Below are positions 13,801-30,943 of a stretch of 64,000 bases of DNA, piece by piece. This DNA comes from Blastocystis sp. Blastoise (Eukaryota; Protista; Bigyra: Opalinata). The notes under the pieces were generated by a model. That model saw only the letters and a program-made list of their open reading frames with translations, made no database searches and was not told the origin of the DNA. Each line of letters begins with the position of its first letter. Within the stretch, counting starts at the first letter, position 1. Both the position numbers and the translations under genes were made by a program. Where the stretch lies: NCBI GenBank assembly GCA_039096225.1, contig JBBPEB010000005.1, positions 248,001 through 312,000 on the forward strand, in the 5' to 3' direction.

Positions 13801-14204
13801 AAACGGTTTAAAGATATCTATCTAAAAAAATAATAATTCAATACTGTTTCTTCTTCTAAAACTAAGGGTTTTAAACCTAATGCAAGACGAATTCTATTTG
13901 TTTCTTCAATTGAACAACTGATTTCACCTAAAAATAAATATAATTACTCATTCATAATGTATTGAAATGTAGTATTTCTAATGAACATCTTTCTTAAAAA
14001 CAAATACCATTATTCTCTGTTACGTTAGCTTTTATAACTCCATTGTCAGAATCCCTATATATTTTATATATTAGTAAAACTAATATTTGCTAATTCTATT
14101 CAAAAAGAAACATACTCATGAGTATGATCACGATGTGAAGATCGTTTTTCATGATCACGGGATGAAGATCTATAATGAGATCTCGATTTTGAGTGAGTAG
14201 ACAT
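10887..14204 (-). CDS. SART1: U4/U6.U5 tri-snRNP-associated protein 1 (SART1/Snu66)
   Basis: HIND motif SCSIEETNRIRLALGLKPL, plus VAHDVDEL, LASDYYT.EEM..FKK, GLAATL.LL and C-terminal EHRD..GRLL..KEAY...SY.FHG..PGKK. 11 GT-AG introns keep the frame. Confidence 0.92.
12411..12505. repeat. ~20-bp intronic minisatellite (TAATAAATAAAAACTATATA)n
   Basis: About five tandem copies visible inside a SART1 intron. Confidence 0.85.
13006..13072. repeat. (TAATA)n intronic microsatellite
   Basis: Direct tandem pentanucleotide run in a SART1 intron. Confidence 0.9.
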
Positions 14205-15084
14205 TATATTCTTATTATACCTTTTCAGATTCAAGAAATAAGTATTCAAAAACTTTTCTTTAGATAATTTCTGGGAATTTTCTTCTGATCTATTCAAAAA
14301 ATATAAAAAATTTCATTACAATTTTCTTTTTAAAACAACTTGTTTTTCTTCTTTATTAAATGATTATCAATTTTTTAAAGCTAACTTCATTTTATTTGTT
14401 ATTAAAAATATAGATATTAAATCAAAATATCTTGTTGTTTCCTCGATAAACTGTTCTATAGTTTTGATACTTTAAATATATTCTTTAAATATAATTCTTA
14501 CCTTCAAATTATTAATATCATTCCTATTTCGTTAGTATTATACGTTATCTATTGAACATACTTTTAACTAATAAATACGATATTTTAATATTATAAATAT
14601 GATGATTTACAGTTTTACAAATAAACACAACCTATACAAAAATCTTATTCTTGAGTGGCATTCACACCTTAGGATATCAACAATGATATTGCTGAATAGT
14701 AGTAACACTTTTATTCTATAATTATTCAAAGTGAATTGATCTCATGGTGAACTGACACTTCTAAAATTATTTTTTGTCTTACATTCTCCATGTTCTGGAA
14801 AAAAAACATATATTTACTTTTGAAATACCAATAATACTATAGTGATTTTACTAAACTAAAATGTTTCATTATTAGATATATTGATATTGGCAATATGAAC
14901 ATAATGAATCATAATATTCTTCGTGACTTTGAATATTTACAAATTTGGAAGAAAAAACAATAAAAACAGTATTTAGGTGAGAAATTCAAATAGAACGTAA
15001 TCAAAACAAAATTCCCAGAAAAACGTGAAATCTCAAATAAATTTAGAATTACTTTTTTGTGTGTTGTATTTATGCATATTCAAT

Positions 15085-18000
15085 ATGCCATATAATTATT
15101 CACGTACACAAAAGAGAGGTCTTAATACAAAACAAATTTTCATGTTATGGACGATGCTTTTCTTTATAGCATTCTGCGGTTTCTTTGTCTTAGGGTTTCG
15201 ATTAATAATCCAATCGTCTAGAAATGTGCATAATAAGCCAGTTCTAGCTCAACAAGTTCAAGATTATAGTAACAATGATGAATTAAAGAAACAAATTCAA
15301 GTATTTTCATTATTTACGTCATTCTACTTATTTATCTAGGACTCTGCAGTTTTATTACAGAAGATTCGAGAAGAAAAACAAAACAAAAAGCTAGAATTGG
15401 AAAAGAAACGAGCTCGACTTCAACAATTAATGAAACAGAATTCTGATCTGTCTAAGAATATGGTTGAGAATAGATATGAAGATGAAATGATTAACAAAGA
15501 GAGTTTTGATGATGTCAATGACGATGAAAATGAAATAAATACTGATAAAAAATCTAAAAAGCATGATCAAATTCGTCCAGGAAATGAATTAAATAGTCTT
15601 TTGAATGATGATGATGATGATGAAGATACTACTGATGACGATTTTATTAGTTTGAAACAAAAGAATAAAAATAAGAAACAAGATTCATCTATATCTACAA
15701 ATTCTGATAATGATAATCAACAAAATCATTTGGAAACAATTAATTCTTTTTCATTAAAGAAATTACAAAAGGAATTAGAAGAACAAATTCAAAAAGATAT
15801 TAAACAAAATAATTACAAAGAAAGTGATTTACGTTTATTAAATCACAAAATTGTTCGTAAGCATAAAACTATTACTTTAGATCAATACACAGGTGAGAAA
15901 GATATTAATACCATTATTTCAAATTTACCCAAAGTATATGTAAATGGAAGAGAAACAGATTTGAAGAATAAAAATAATGAAATGAGTAATGAAAAGAATA
16001 ATGAAAATAATAATGAAAAGAATAATGAAAATACAAGTAAAGATAATAGAGTAAAAAATAAAGATATTACTAATAATGATCAGAATGATGATGAGAATAT
16101 GCATGTAAATATGAAAGAGAATAAACAAGAAAAAGAAGAAAATATTCAGAATAGTAATACTCAAGAAGAAGAGGAAGAAGATGTAAATCAAGCTGAAAAA
16201 GTTGATAATAATCTAGTAGATCCACTTCGTCCTTTCCAAAAGCGTCCAAATCCCCTATCAACACAATCTTCAAATGATTCTAATAATGATATTGATAATG
16301 TTAGTGATGATAATAATAATGTTAATGATGATAATAATAATGTTAGTGATGATAATATCAATAATGATAATGTTAACGATAATAATAATAATAACAACGA
16401 TGATAATAATAATATTAACGATAATAATAATAGTATAGATAACCAAAGTAATAAAGAAGAAGAAAATCCTATTAAAGAATCTAATGATAATTCTATACAA
16501 ACAACAGAACTTAATGATAGAAGCCATTCAAAAGTATCTTCTTCTCCTTCTGTTGCTACTACTACTAATGTTGCTATTCCTTCTCCTTCTCCTGTTCCTA
16601 CTACTATTGTAACTCCTGCTACTACTATTATTCTTACTCCTTCTCCTTCTCCTTCTTCTACTACTACTACTACTGTTTCTGAAGACTCTACAGCTAATAA
16701 TAATTTACATGTTTCACCTATAACTGATTCTTCTCTTCTGTCCACTAAATCTACTAAGAAAGAATACTCATTCACCACTACTATACAAATAGTAAAACCA
16801 TCACAAAATGAAAATAAAGATGCTAAGATAATTGATCAAGATACTATTAATAATAAAATGCAAATAAAACCCAAAAGTCGCTATAATTATACAATAAAAT
16901 ATCCTACTCATACATCTACTGTTACTACTACTATATCTACCGATATTAATAATACCACTTCTTCAAATACTATACCTTCTATTCCTATTTCTATAAATAA
17001 TGATACAGTCGTTCCTCTAGTTATTAAAGTTCCTTCTATTATCACATCTATACCAATAGAGACCCAAAAAGAAGTGAAAAAGATTATACAACAAGAAAGA
17101 GTAGACACTGTTCCACCTTTAAAGCGTAAGCCTGTTAATGTATTTGAATTACCTCCTGAAGAAGAAGAAGAAGATAATAATAATAATAATAATAATAATG
17201 ATGATGATGGAGAAGAAGAAGAAAATAAAGAAAGAAAAGAAGAAGAAAATAAAGAAAGAAAAGAAGAAGAAGAAACTAATGAATCATTAAATATAGTTGC
17301 TAAGAATAAAGAAAGTGAATCTTCAGATAAAACTATTGTTGAGAAAACATATTTAAACGATGATCATTATGAGAAGAGAGAGAAACAAGAGGATAATAAT
17401 TATATTATTGATACTAATTCGTCATCAACAACTGGAGAAACTAAAGAGAATCAAAATAATGTTCTATCAAAATCAGAGAGTTCTATAACGAAGTCTTCAG
17501 AGAATGATAATGAAAAACTTATTGAAAAGAATTCTCCATCAAATCTAAATGAAAATAAAGTTGGAAATGAGAATAATAATGATATTCATCATTCAGATGA
17601 AGGTACTATTCGTGATATTGAGAATTCAAAGGATATAAATAGCGATAAACAAAATGAAATAAATGATGTTGATAATGCTATATCTGCTAATAACGTAAAT
17701 GACTCAATAACTACTAAAGATAACAATGTTAGTAAAAATAGTAATACGGAAGAGATTAATAATGATAATAATAATAGAAATACTAATGTGAATGATAGTA
17801 TTATTAATAGTATTACTGATTCTACTAGTGATTCAAGTAGTAATTCTGATTTAACTGTTAAATCTACTGATAATGTTGATTCTGCTACTAATATTGATTC
17901 TACTATTAATATTGATTCTGCTACTAATATTGATTCTACTACTAATATTAAATCTACTACTAGTATTAATTCTACTACTAGTATTGATTCTGCTACTCAA

Positions 18001-20695
18001 ACTGATTCTACTACTCAAACTGATTCTACTATTGATTCTTCTATTCAAACTGATTCAAATATTAAACAAGATATCAATACGAATATATATCCAAATACTA
18101 ATAATTCTACTTCTATAAATACTCCAATCACTATAAAAGAAGATACTGTAGAGAATCAGAATCATGAGAATACAGAATTAGTCACGGATATCAATAAGAA
18201 TTCTCATAAAAATGATACTTCTCTGAATATAAATGATACTATGAAAGATGATTCTACAATACAGAATTCTATTCCTAATAATAAGAATTTAGCTAAGGAT
18301 GATGATATATCAGAAGTAAAAGATGAGAGTGAAGACTTTGATATGAATTCTGAAGAAGATATAAAGAATTATTTATTGAAACAAGGAATGAAATATAAAG
18401 AAGAGAAAGAGAAGAAAGAAGAAGAGAAATTACGAAAGAAAGAAGAAGAAGAGAAGCGTAAAATACAAGAAAAAGAAGAAGAGGAAGAGAGGAAGAAGAA
18501 AGCAAAAGAAGAATATCGATTATTGAGAGAGAAACAGATGGAAGAAGAGAAACGTCAGAGAATGGAAGAGATTAAGAGAGTAAGACAAGAGAAGAAAATG
18601 AAAGAAGAAGAAGAGAAACGAAAGAGATTAGAAGGAATGATGAAGATAAATAATGAGAAAGAAGAGAGTAAGAAGATTATTCCAGAGAAAGATCAATTGA
18701 AAAATGTGAATAATGATAATGATAATGATAATAATGATAACAATAATGAAGAAGATAATGATGAAGATAATGATACTAATGATACTAATGAAGAAGAAGA
18801 GGAAAGTCCTCTTTTCCATGATATTTTAAAGAAGAGTCATGCAGAGATGATGAAGAAGGAAACAGAAAAGCACATGGATGGTGAGGGAGACTCGAACATT
18901 GAGGAGATTCTATTGGCTATTAAGGCTTCAAAAGAAGAGAGAGAAATGTCAAAACATACAGATTATTCTTCTGAATTAAAGAAATTGATGGAAGATTCTA
19001 TACATAAAGATATATTAGATAGAGATATGATTAATAAATTAACTCAACAATATCAAACAGAAGTTTTATCAAAAACAAATCTACGTCAACCTAAATATGT
19101 GAATAATGATGAATCTATTAATATAAATAGATTATCTAAAGAAGTAGATGAAGATTATCAATTTATTCAAGGCAGAAGGGATAATAGATGGAAGAAATTA
19201 GATAATGAAATGAAAATAGAAGAAGAAGAACTTGCGAAGAAATTAGAGAACTGTAGTATTGTCATTGAACCTGTATATATATATATATATAGTTATTTTT
19301 ATTTATATATGAATTATTATAAATTCTTTTGCTATTTTATTCTTATATAGTCTGTTTTTATATCACGTTCCAAGAACACAATTGATATCGTTTGGAATGC
19401 CATTCATTGCGAATTCTATCAACCCGTTTTACAAGTATTTATTTATTATATTATTTATTATATTATTTATTTATTATTATTCATTATTATATTATTCATA
19501 TTATTTATTATTATTATTATTTTTTTATTGTTATTATTATTATTATTATTTTTTATTGCTATTATTATTTCTATTTGATAATCAATATAATATTTTCATA
19601 ATAATTTCATCTATCTCTGTATAGTGGACTCAAATCCCCGCGGAACCCTTGGTTTATCATTTTGCTTCTACAAATATATCTATGTCATCCACTTTTGCCT
19701 CTACTTTCTATAGGTAATTATTATATTATTATTATACTTTTTGCTATTATAACTTAATATATACTTATATTATTCTTATTATAACTTAATATATACTTAT
19801 ATTATTATGATATATATAGAGGATCTATCTTGCTTCGTTCTATTACACAGAAAGTCTACTACAAGGTTCTATATACCAATAAAGATTACTCTATTCCACG
19901 TGAAGAACTAAATGAACCATTGGTTATTCCCAAAGACGTTATAATCACAGAAACACAAATCCAAGAAGGACGATTATTAGTGGAGAAACCACGTACTTTT
20001 GTAACTACCAATAAACCCTTATATTCAATTGGTATTTTTGGTGATGGAATACAGAAGGATGATTCCCGCGGTTATAAGAAGTTCTTGAAAGCTGTTCAAG
20101 ATAAATCCATTGATGCTGCTATTTATTGTATATATATATATATAAGTTATATATATATATATAGTAGGAAAAGGAGAAGCAAAATATTTTTCTACTTCCA
20201 AGTGGAAGGAACAGTATTTCGATTTTAGAAACACAATTCAAGGATCAAATCCAATATCTCAATCATTTATACCTGGTCCCTATGTATATATATTATATAT
20301 ATTATATATATTATATATATTATATATATAGGATACATTGCCTTCTTTAGGTCCTAATTATTCGTTTGCAGAGTATATATATATATATATATATATATTT
20401 CTTATATATATATAGACCTGGATATTATGCATTTACTTTGGGAAATGTTCGATTTATAGTTTTGGATAAACCAAGTCAGCAACAATCAGAGTGGCTGAAT
20501 AACGTTGAAATGATGTCTGATGATTATATATCTGCCACTTTCCGTGTTGTTCTCTCTTATTATACTCCTTTTATTAAGTATATATAAATATTATTATATA
20601 TATATTTTATAATATTATTATATATTATATATATATAGTATGTTAAATGAAGAACAAAAATTAGATCATAAAAATGATGATCCATTAATTATTCC

Positions 20696-20785
<90 letters not shown>

Positions 20786-21186
20786 CTATTCTTCCTACCC
20801 TAGCGAGTATTTCACCCTTCTTGCTTCATCTGTCGATTTTGTGGTTTCCGGTGAACAACATATTTATCAGGTATATAATATAATATATATATATAATATA
20901 TATAATAATAATAATAAAGAAGATAATAATAATAATAATATATATTATATAGCGAAAGACTGTAAATAAAAAGAATTTTATTACTGTAGGTTATGGAACT
21001 GATAAGTTATATAAATCAGATTTTAATAATGCTTTATTGATAATGGATGAACAATCATCTCATAAACAATTAGCTTTTGGATTTATACAAATATATGATT
21101 GTTCCCTTATTATAAAGACAGTTAATCAAAGAAAACAATCAGTCGATACATATTCCACAAGATCTACTCTAGCCAGATGCAAATAA
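15085..21186 (+). CDS. Type II membrane protein with ~1300-aa low-complexity stalk and a degenerate purple-acid-phosphatase/calcineurin-like domain
   Basis: N-terminal TM IFMLWTMLFFIAFCGFFVLGF. Huge N/D/E/K/T/S-rich exon 15340-19272. C-terminal exons give IGIFGDG, YYAFTLGNVRFIVLD, QSEWL, FRVVL and VDFVVSGEQHIYQR. One junction (~20699) is uncertain. Confidence 0.75.
17872..18057 (+). repeat. Coding 18-bp tandem repeat (IDSATN/IDSTTN/TDSTTQ hexapeptide)
   Basis: Repeated ATTGATTCT(G/A)CTACTAAT units within the large exon. Confidence 0.85.
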
Positions 21187-22179
21187 CCGCGGGAATACTT
21201 GCAGTCATAACCAGTCATTTTATTTTAATATATATATCTTTTATTTATATAAATATTTGTTATATACATCTATTCATCACTTTTCCGAATTATTTTATAT
21301 ATATATATATAATATTCTTAGTATATATTTATATTTATTTTAAATTTCATTTTATTTTTATAGTATTGTTCCACTTTTTAATATATATATATTATGTCTT
21401 TTTATTACTATATATATCTATAATCATTATTATTATCGGAGATATTATTATAATATCTGATATATATAAGATGCTTTCTCACTATTATTAAGACTTTATA
21501 TATTCTAATTGAATACCCTTTTCGTTTATAAATGCTTTCTTATTCTTTATTTCATTTTTTATTGTATATATTTATTTTCTCTGTTGTGCTTTATTATTTT
21601 CTAATTCTATTCTCTTAGTCAATTATATTTAATTAAATATATTTATTGTTTGTTTTTTTAAATGTCTTTTTAGATATTTCTTTTAATAAAAAAAATTAAT
21701 ATAACAAGTACAAAACTATAATAAAAATAAAATAAAATAAAATCAGACTCGTTAGTGAGATAAATATTAATAAAAAGAAATTAATGCCATAAAGAAATAG
21801 AACGAGTCAATATTAAAGAATATAATTAAAATAAAAGAATATATAGAAATGTATTTTTAAAGAATCCGTTATATAGAAATATAATAAAGAAAAAATACAG
21901 TTCACAATATATTATTATAAAATAAAAAGTATTGAATTAAATATGTTATATAAAGAAATAGGATAAATAAAATATATATAAAGAAGTATATATAATACTG
22001 TTACTAATAGTATAAATGAAAAATAGAAGATAACAATAACAACAATAAAAGAGATTTCAATGAAAATAAAAGAATATATATATGAATATATATATATATG
22101 TTTAACATATATAAATGAATGAATCTGTCATCACGAATACGTGATACTTTGTACAATATAATAAGAAATATAAATAAAA

Positions 22180-22213
<34 letters not shown>

Positions 22214-22776
22214 ATATATATATAATATACACCATGAACGCACAGTGTTTTGAATGAAAAGAATGGATAAAATGTTAACATTAAATATAAATAAATAAAT
22301 AAAAAGAATCCAAATTATTAATATATAAATTAATAATGATATTAATTGAGGGATTCATGGAACACAATAATTAATTGAAACACAAACAGACACAAATAAG
22401 AAATACTTTTGTCATGATATCTAAATATAGAATATATATATATATATATAGAGACTTATGACAGCCAAAAAAAGTCTATATATATATATATATAAGCACA
22501 AAAATAGACAAAAAGTATGAAAGTGTTGATTCCTGTGAGAATCAGAGTTGATTAAATATGATATATGTATATAAATATAAAATAAATATATAGGAAATAA
22601 AATAAAACTGAAAAGACTATAAAAAGATATATATATAAAGATAAATAAAAATGTATATAAAAGTATATAGAGTACAAAGTGGCAGATGAAAATAGATATA
22701 TATATAGATAGATATAATAGAGAATATATAGAATAAGATACTAAATGATACACGTTATTAATATATATAAATATAA

Positions 22777-23199
22777 TTAAACTTGTGTAGCTATCATAGC
22801 ATGAGGGCAAGAATGATAATAAATATCTTCATTTTTATACATTCTATTATAGTTATTCATATTATTATAGTTATTTATATAGGCATTAGAATTAGCTTGC
22901 TGGGCCATAGGGTTAGAATTCGATGTAGGTATATATACAGAACCATAAGGAATAGTATTATCTTGATTATTATGGTTCATGATTCTGTATTTAGGAGCGT
23001 CAGAAATACTTACTGTCATATCAGGAAATTTCACATTTGTAGACATATTGATAGCATCTGATGAACGTTGAGGTGCGTCATAGGATGACGTAGTTGGGAT
23101 TCCCATGGGAATATTGGCAGAGGAATCAGTAGAAGTACTATCGAAAGAAGCCGTACAATTCAACATGTGAACTGGATTTGAAGTATTTTGTTTCTTCTA

Positions 23200-23242
<43 letters not shown>

Positions 23243-24080
23243 CTATATATATATATATATATACAAGTCTTAATAAAAACTTTTGTAAATGAGTACGAAC
23301 TTGAGTGGGGGTTCTAGTACCAACAAAGATACTAATGGTCTTAATATCACGTGTACCAAATCTATATTAATAAAAAAAAATAAATAAAATAAAAAAAAAA
23401 ATAAATAAAAATAAATAAAAATAAATAATAATAAAAATATACCTTTCGATAGCTTGCATGAATCGTTCATGTTCATCAGTAGACCAATAACGACCTTTAG
23501 GCTTTTCTTGAGAGAGATCCTCTCTGACAGTCGACGCGTCACATCGAGTTATAGCAGCAGTAGTAGCAACAGTAGTAACAGTATTATTATTGATATTATT
23601 ATTGAGTTTCTTAGAAGCGACTTTCTTCTTATATAATTGATCTTCTAGAATATTCTCTAATGAATGAATTTGATTCTTTAATCGTTCATTTTCGATAATA
23701 AGTCTATGCATATCGATTTCCATGGAATTCATACGATTTTCAACTTCCTGCTAGATATAGAATATTAAAATATTCATTAATATATATTTATATAATAATA
23801 AATGATAACCAAAATAATAAATAAAATATACTTGATTAATACGATTATTTGATGAGTAATCTTCATAAGAAGTAGCAGCAGAAGATTGAGTATCAGAGGT
23901 AATGGGTTCACCCATAGGAAGTTGGTCGAGAGATGTATTCATAGGAATAGATATTTCAGAATTTATCCAGGAATCATTGCTTTGATTAGGACTGGATAAT
24001 GGAGACTCGAAAATAAGGCTGTCATATTGATCATCAATAGAGTTATACATAGAAGAACTGTTAGAGTTTTGAGATTGCAT
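22777..24080 (-). CDS. SHAQKYF-class single-repeat MYB transcription factor
   Basis: Spliced KGRYWSTDEHERFMQAIERFGTRDIKTISIFVGTRTPTQVRTHLQKF, preceded by a short coiled coil; three GT-AG introns. Confidence 0.88.
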
Positions 24081-25727
24081 GGCTGAAAGTTTATAATAAT
24101 AGTTTTAAACAAATTGAAGTGATATGTGAATACACAAGAATGTTTAGCGTAGTTATAATGTTCAAAAAAGAACAGATGAATGATTGGAATAAAAGTCTCT
24201 TTTCTCTATATAGGCATTAAAATAAAACATATATGAAGCTAAAACATACATAAAAAACAAGAATCGGATACGATTCCTTAGGTTGTCAATAAAAAAGAAA
24301 GTGACAACCATCTTAGATATCAAACTATTTCCTTCTATTTTACTGAAGCCCATTTATACCGATGTCTCCCGTGAATATAAGAGAAGTCAGTTTGTCATTA
24401 ACGATAACAAATAATGACCACTCATTTGACATCCAATGAAGGACCTCTAGATTTCCGAGTTTCCCAATATTATTTCAAAACACAAAAAAAAATAAGACTT
24501 TTTTGTTACGCTTATAAATACTCTCTTAGGAAGGTATTATCATCGGTTTTATTCGGGTTTTTTAATTTCATGAAACTCTTAAAAAACTTTCTTCATATAT
24601 AAAGTGTTTTTTTTAACAATTTTTAAATTTACTTGATTTATATACTTAAATATTTTATTTCTAATAGTTTAGATATAGGTTCACTATGTTAATATATTAG
24701 CAATGCTATTTTGTAAAGAAAAACGATTTTAAATGTTGCAATGACGATTTTACTGTGAGAAATTAACTCTGATTTGTAGTAAGAATGATATTTTTAAATG
24801 TATCACATATTAAATATACAGAGCATTGTATTATCGAAGTTTCTTCATGCGATATTGACATTTTATAAAGTGAAAATTTGTTTATATAATTTGAAAATCA
24901 ATTAATTATTATAAAACAAATATTATTTTATTCTAAATGCTATAAACTAATAATTTTAATAGATTCTTTTTAACAAAATGAAATTACTAGTTTTTTTATC
25001 TTGAACTATTTATATATATTTCTTTATATTATTAGAGTGTAATCTAATATATCAAATGGTTGGGATCATAATAAAATAGTCACTAAACGTTTATTTTGTG
25101 TATGATTACTTCTAAAATGATTATATATATTTTTGATTTCAATTTTAATATATGTGATTTTTTAGAAACAAGTGAAACCCAATGGAAAGTCATGATAAAA
25201 ATATATTGATCAAATGAAATTAGCATTTCAAATCGCTCGTGATATTTCATTATTCAGCAAATGTACTCTTTATTTAAAGACAAGAAAAATGAAGAATCTA
25301 ACATTTTTAGCAAAAAAAAGTATAATGATTTGTAGATTACTCATAAAGAATGTTTCAATCAAAGTTCAGACTAGACATATTGACTTGATGACAGTATATC
25401 ATCAACCTAATCATTATATAAGATAAAAACAAGTAGTTTATAACAAAAATTGAAATCTTCAAAAATTCTCTGTAAGAATCATTAATTCCAAGAATATTTG
25501 TTTTTCTCAAAATAAAAACCGAATGATAAGAAAACATTATAATCACGAATAATAATTGAAAGTGACTCTTGAATCTAAAATAATCAAATATATATATTTT
25601 CTCAAGGAACTGCGAAAGACATGTTTAAAACCAACGAAATTATGCCTTGTCTTTGGTTTCTTAATTAAAAACAATTCCTTACTTAATTGTTTGATTTCTT
25701 TCTTTTTTAACCGTAGTATAACAGAAA

Positions 25728-27199
<1,472 letters not shown>

Positions 27200-27557
27200 A
27201 TACTATTACTTATTTCTACATTAATATCTATATATTCATGTTAAGATATTTCTTTGACTTTGGTTTTAATATTTTTATTTGTTTTTCTTTTTCTCTTGTT
27301 CTGTGTGTTTTTCGAATCTCTATTATACTATTCATATTGTTTCCATACATTCTCTTTTTTTTAAATTTCTTGTTATTTTTTTTTTTATTTATTTTATTAT
27401 TTTTTTTGAAATGAAAACAAAACACAAATTATAACTACACAAAAATAGAAATACTATCAAAAGAAAAATTATGAAATTATATTTATTATACTAATACATG
27501 AAACTTTTACGTATATCATATTGTTTTATATCATCATTTGAATGATAACTTATATGA

Positions 27558-27907
27558 TTATGACTTTTTCTTAAAATCTTTTGTGACTTCATCTTTTAAT
27601 GTAGAAAAGAAATCACCAGCCACTTTTTTAGCTCCAGATGCTTTCTCTCCAGCTACTTCACCAAGCTATATAAAATAAAATATAGAAATAGGATCACATG
27701 CACATAAGAAAACAAAATATATTATTTTATTATAGATTTCATATTAATTAGAATATAAATATATACATTCTGAGCTTGTTTTTTGGCTTGATTAACACCT
27801 TTCACAGCTTGTTTAGCAGCTGTTTGCATCCCTTTAGTTTGAGATAACTTCTTTGCTGCCCAATCTCCCAAGAATCTACCTACACTCTGTCCAAAAATAT
27901 TAGCCAT
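27558..27907 (-). CDS. Small basic helical protein (~82 aa), function unknown
   Basis: Two exons joined by a GT-AG intron: MANIFGQSVGRFLGDWAAKKLSQTKGMQTAA...QAQN|LGEVAGEKASGAKKVAGDFFSTLKDEVTKDFKKKS*. Codon usage is coding-like. Confidence 0.7.
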
Positions 27908-28659
27908 CGTGATTTCTATATAATTATAAAAGTAGTTTTTTTTAAATGTAACGAAGTGTCACAAAGGAGAACTGTTTCTCCTTTTTGTGTTTTGATACTG
28001 TTTTGATAAAAAAAATCGAAAATCATGGAAATTATGATAAATAACCAATATTAATAGAAATATTCACAAAAAAACATTTAGAAAAAGCAAGCACTTTTTT
28101 TATACTTATTCAGATTGATTAACATTCTTTTAATAAATGACAACTTGATCCAGCCATATTTGAAATATCGAATTTTATATTCAGATGAGAAATAAACAAT
28201 ATTTTTTAACATACGAAAATGATCACAAAACAGAGTGAAAACAATATTTATCATTATATAGTTACTTGAATGATATGCATTCTTAATACAAAGCTTAAAT
28301 ACATAGAATAGAACACTTGTGAATTCAAGATAATCTATATTTAACAGTATCTTCTATATATTTAAATATTCAAGCAAAAAACAGCTTGCAACAATAATAA
28401 TTTGAACGTCAATTGAATAGTTACTATGATAAAAACAAATACAATGACGTTTAAATAACATGATTATCCTAAAATTCTTATAATATATATAATTATATAT
28501 GAGATAACATATAAATAGATCTCATATAACAATAGCTTCGAAGAAAATTACAAGAAACAGGAAACAAAGAAAATATTCATAAAACAGGTATTTCTTTTAA
28601 GATAATCTTGAAAAATGAACAATTGTTTAAAAAAATAAAAAAATCTCAATAAAACCATA

Positions 28660-30051
<1,392 letters not shown>

Positions 30052-30348
30052 ATGTTCTTTTCTTTATTCATTTTAATATTATGAAGAGAATTTTTTTATA
30101 TAAATTTATTATAATTTTTATCTTCTTCATAAATTACATATTGTTTTATTATATATATATTTTAATATATTTTGTATATTGTATGTCTTCTTTTTCTTTA
30201 CTTTTCTTTTTTCTTTTATTACAACAATCTTTTCTTTCTTATTTATTACAACAGTAAGATATTCATATAAATAATATATATACATATGTTTATATTTATA
30301 TATAAAAACACGATGAGTTTAATCATATATATATATATATTGTTTTTT

Positions 30349-30508
30349 TTACTTGGTATATGGTTTATTAGAAAATGTTTTTCGTTCTCTTTGTTGCTTT
30401 AATGAAGATTGTTGAATCTGATATCCACTTGTCCAAATACATAAGGAAGAATCTTCAGCACCCGTAATGAAACATTTATTTAATATCGTATAACAACGAA
30501 CTATGTCC

Positions 30509-30550
<42 letters not shown>

Positions 30551-30885
30551 TATATTATTTGTATAAAAAAGAATAATTTCTAAAAAATAATAGATAAATA
30601 ATAAATATATAAATATGAATAATGAAAAAAAAAACTATGTAAACAATAAATATTTCTAAAAAGAATAATATTAAACATATATATTCATACTTTATGTCCA
30701 ACAAGAGTATTGATGACGGAGGGTTTGTCATTGAATTGAATTACATATAAATTATGTTGTTCATCTCCTGCTAATAATAATGGAGTATTCTCATTAAATA
30801 TCAATCCCACCAAATAATCCAATATAATATCTATTGAATAGTGTATATATAAACATATTTATATAATAAGAATAACTTGAATATA

Positions 30886-30943
<58 letters not shown>

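Noticed and set aside
15925-18819. Hydrophobic Ile/Leu/Phe-rich ORFs in other frames and on the other strand of the large low-complexity exon
   Set aside because: Alternative-frame translations of AAT/GAA/GAT-rich coding sequence.
21187-22776. Short hydrophobic ORFs between the phosphatase-like and MYB genes
   Set aside because: AT-rich convergent 3' UTR or intergenic sequence with no coding codon pattern or motifs.
24162-25727. Several 60-80 aa ORFs between MYB and fibrillarin
   Set aside because: No recognisable motifs or splice-linked exons; consistent with chance ORFs in a divergent promoter region.
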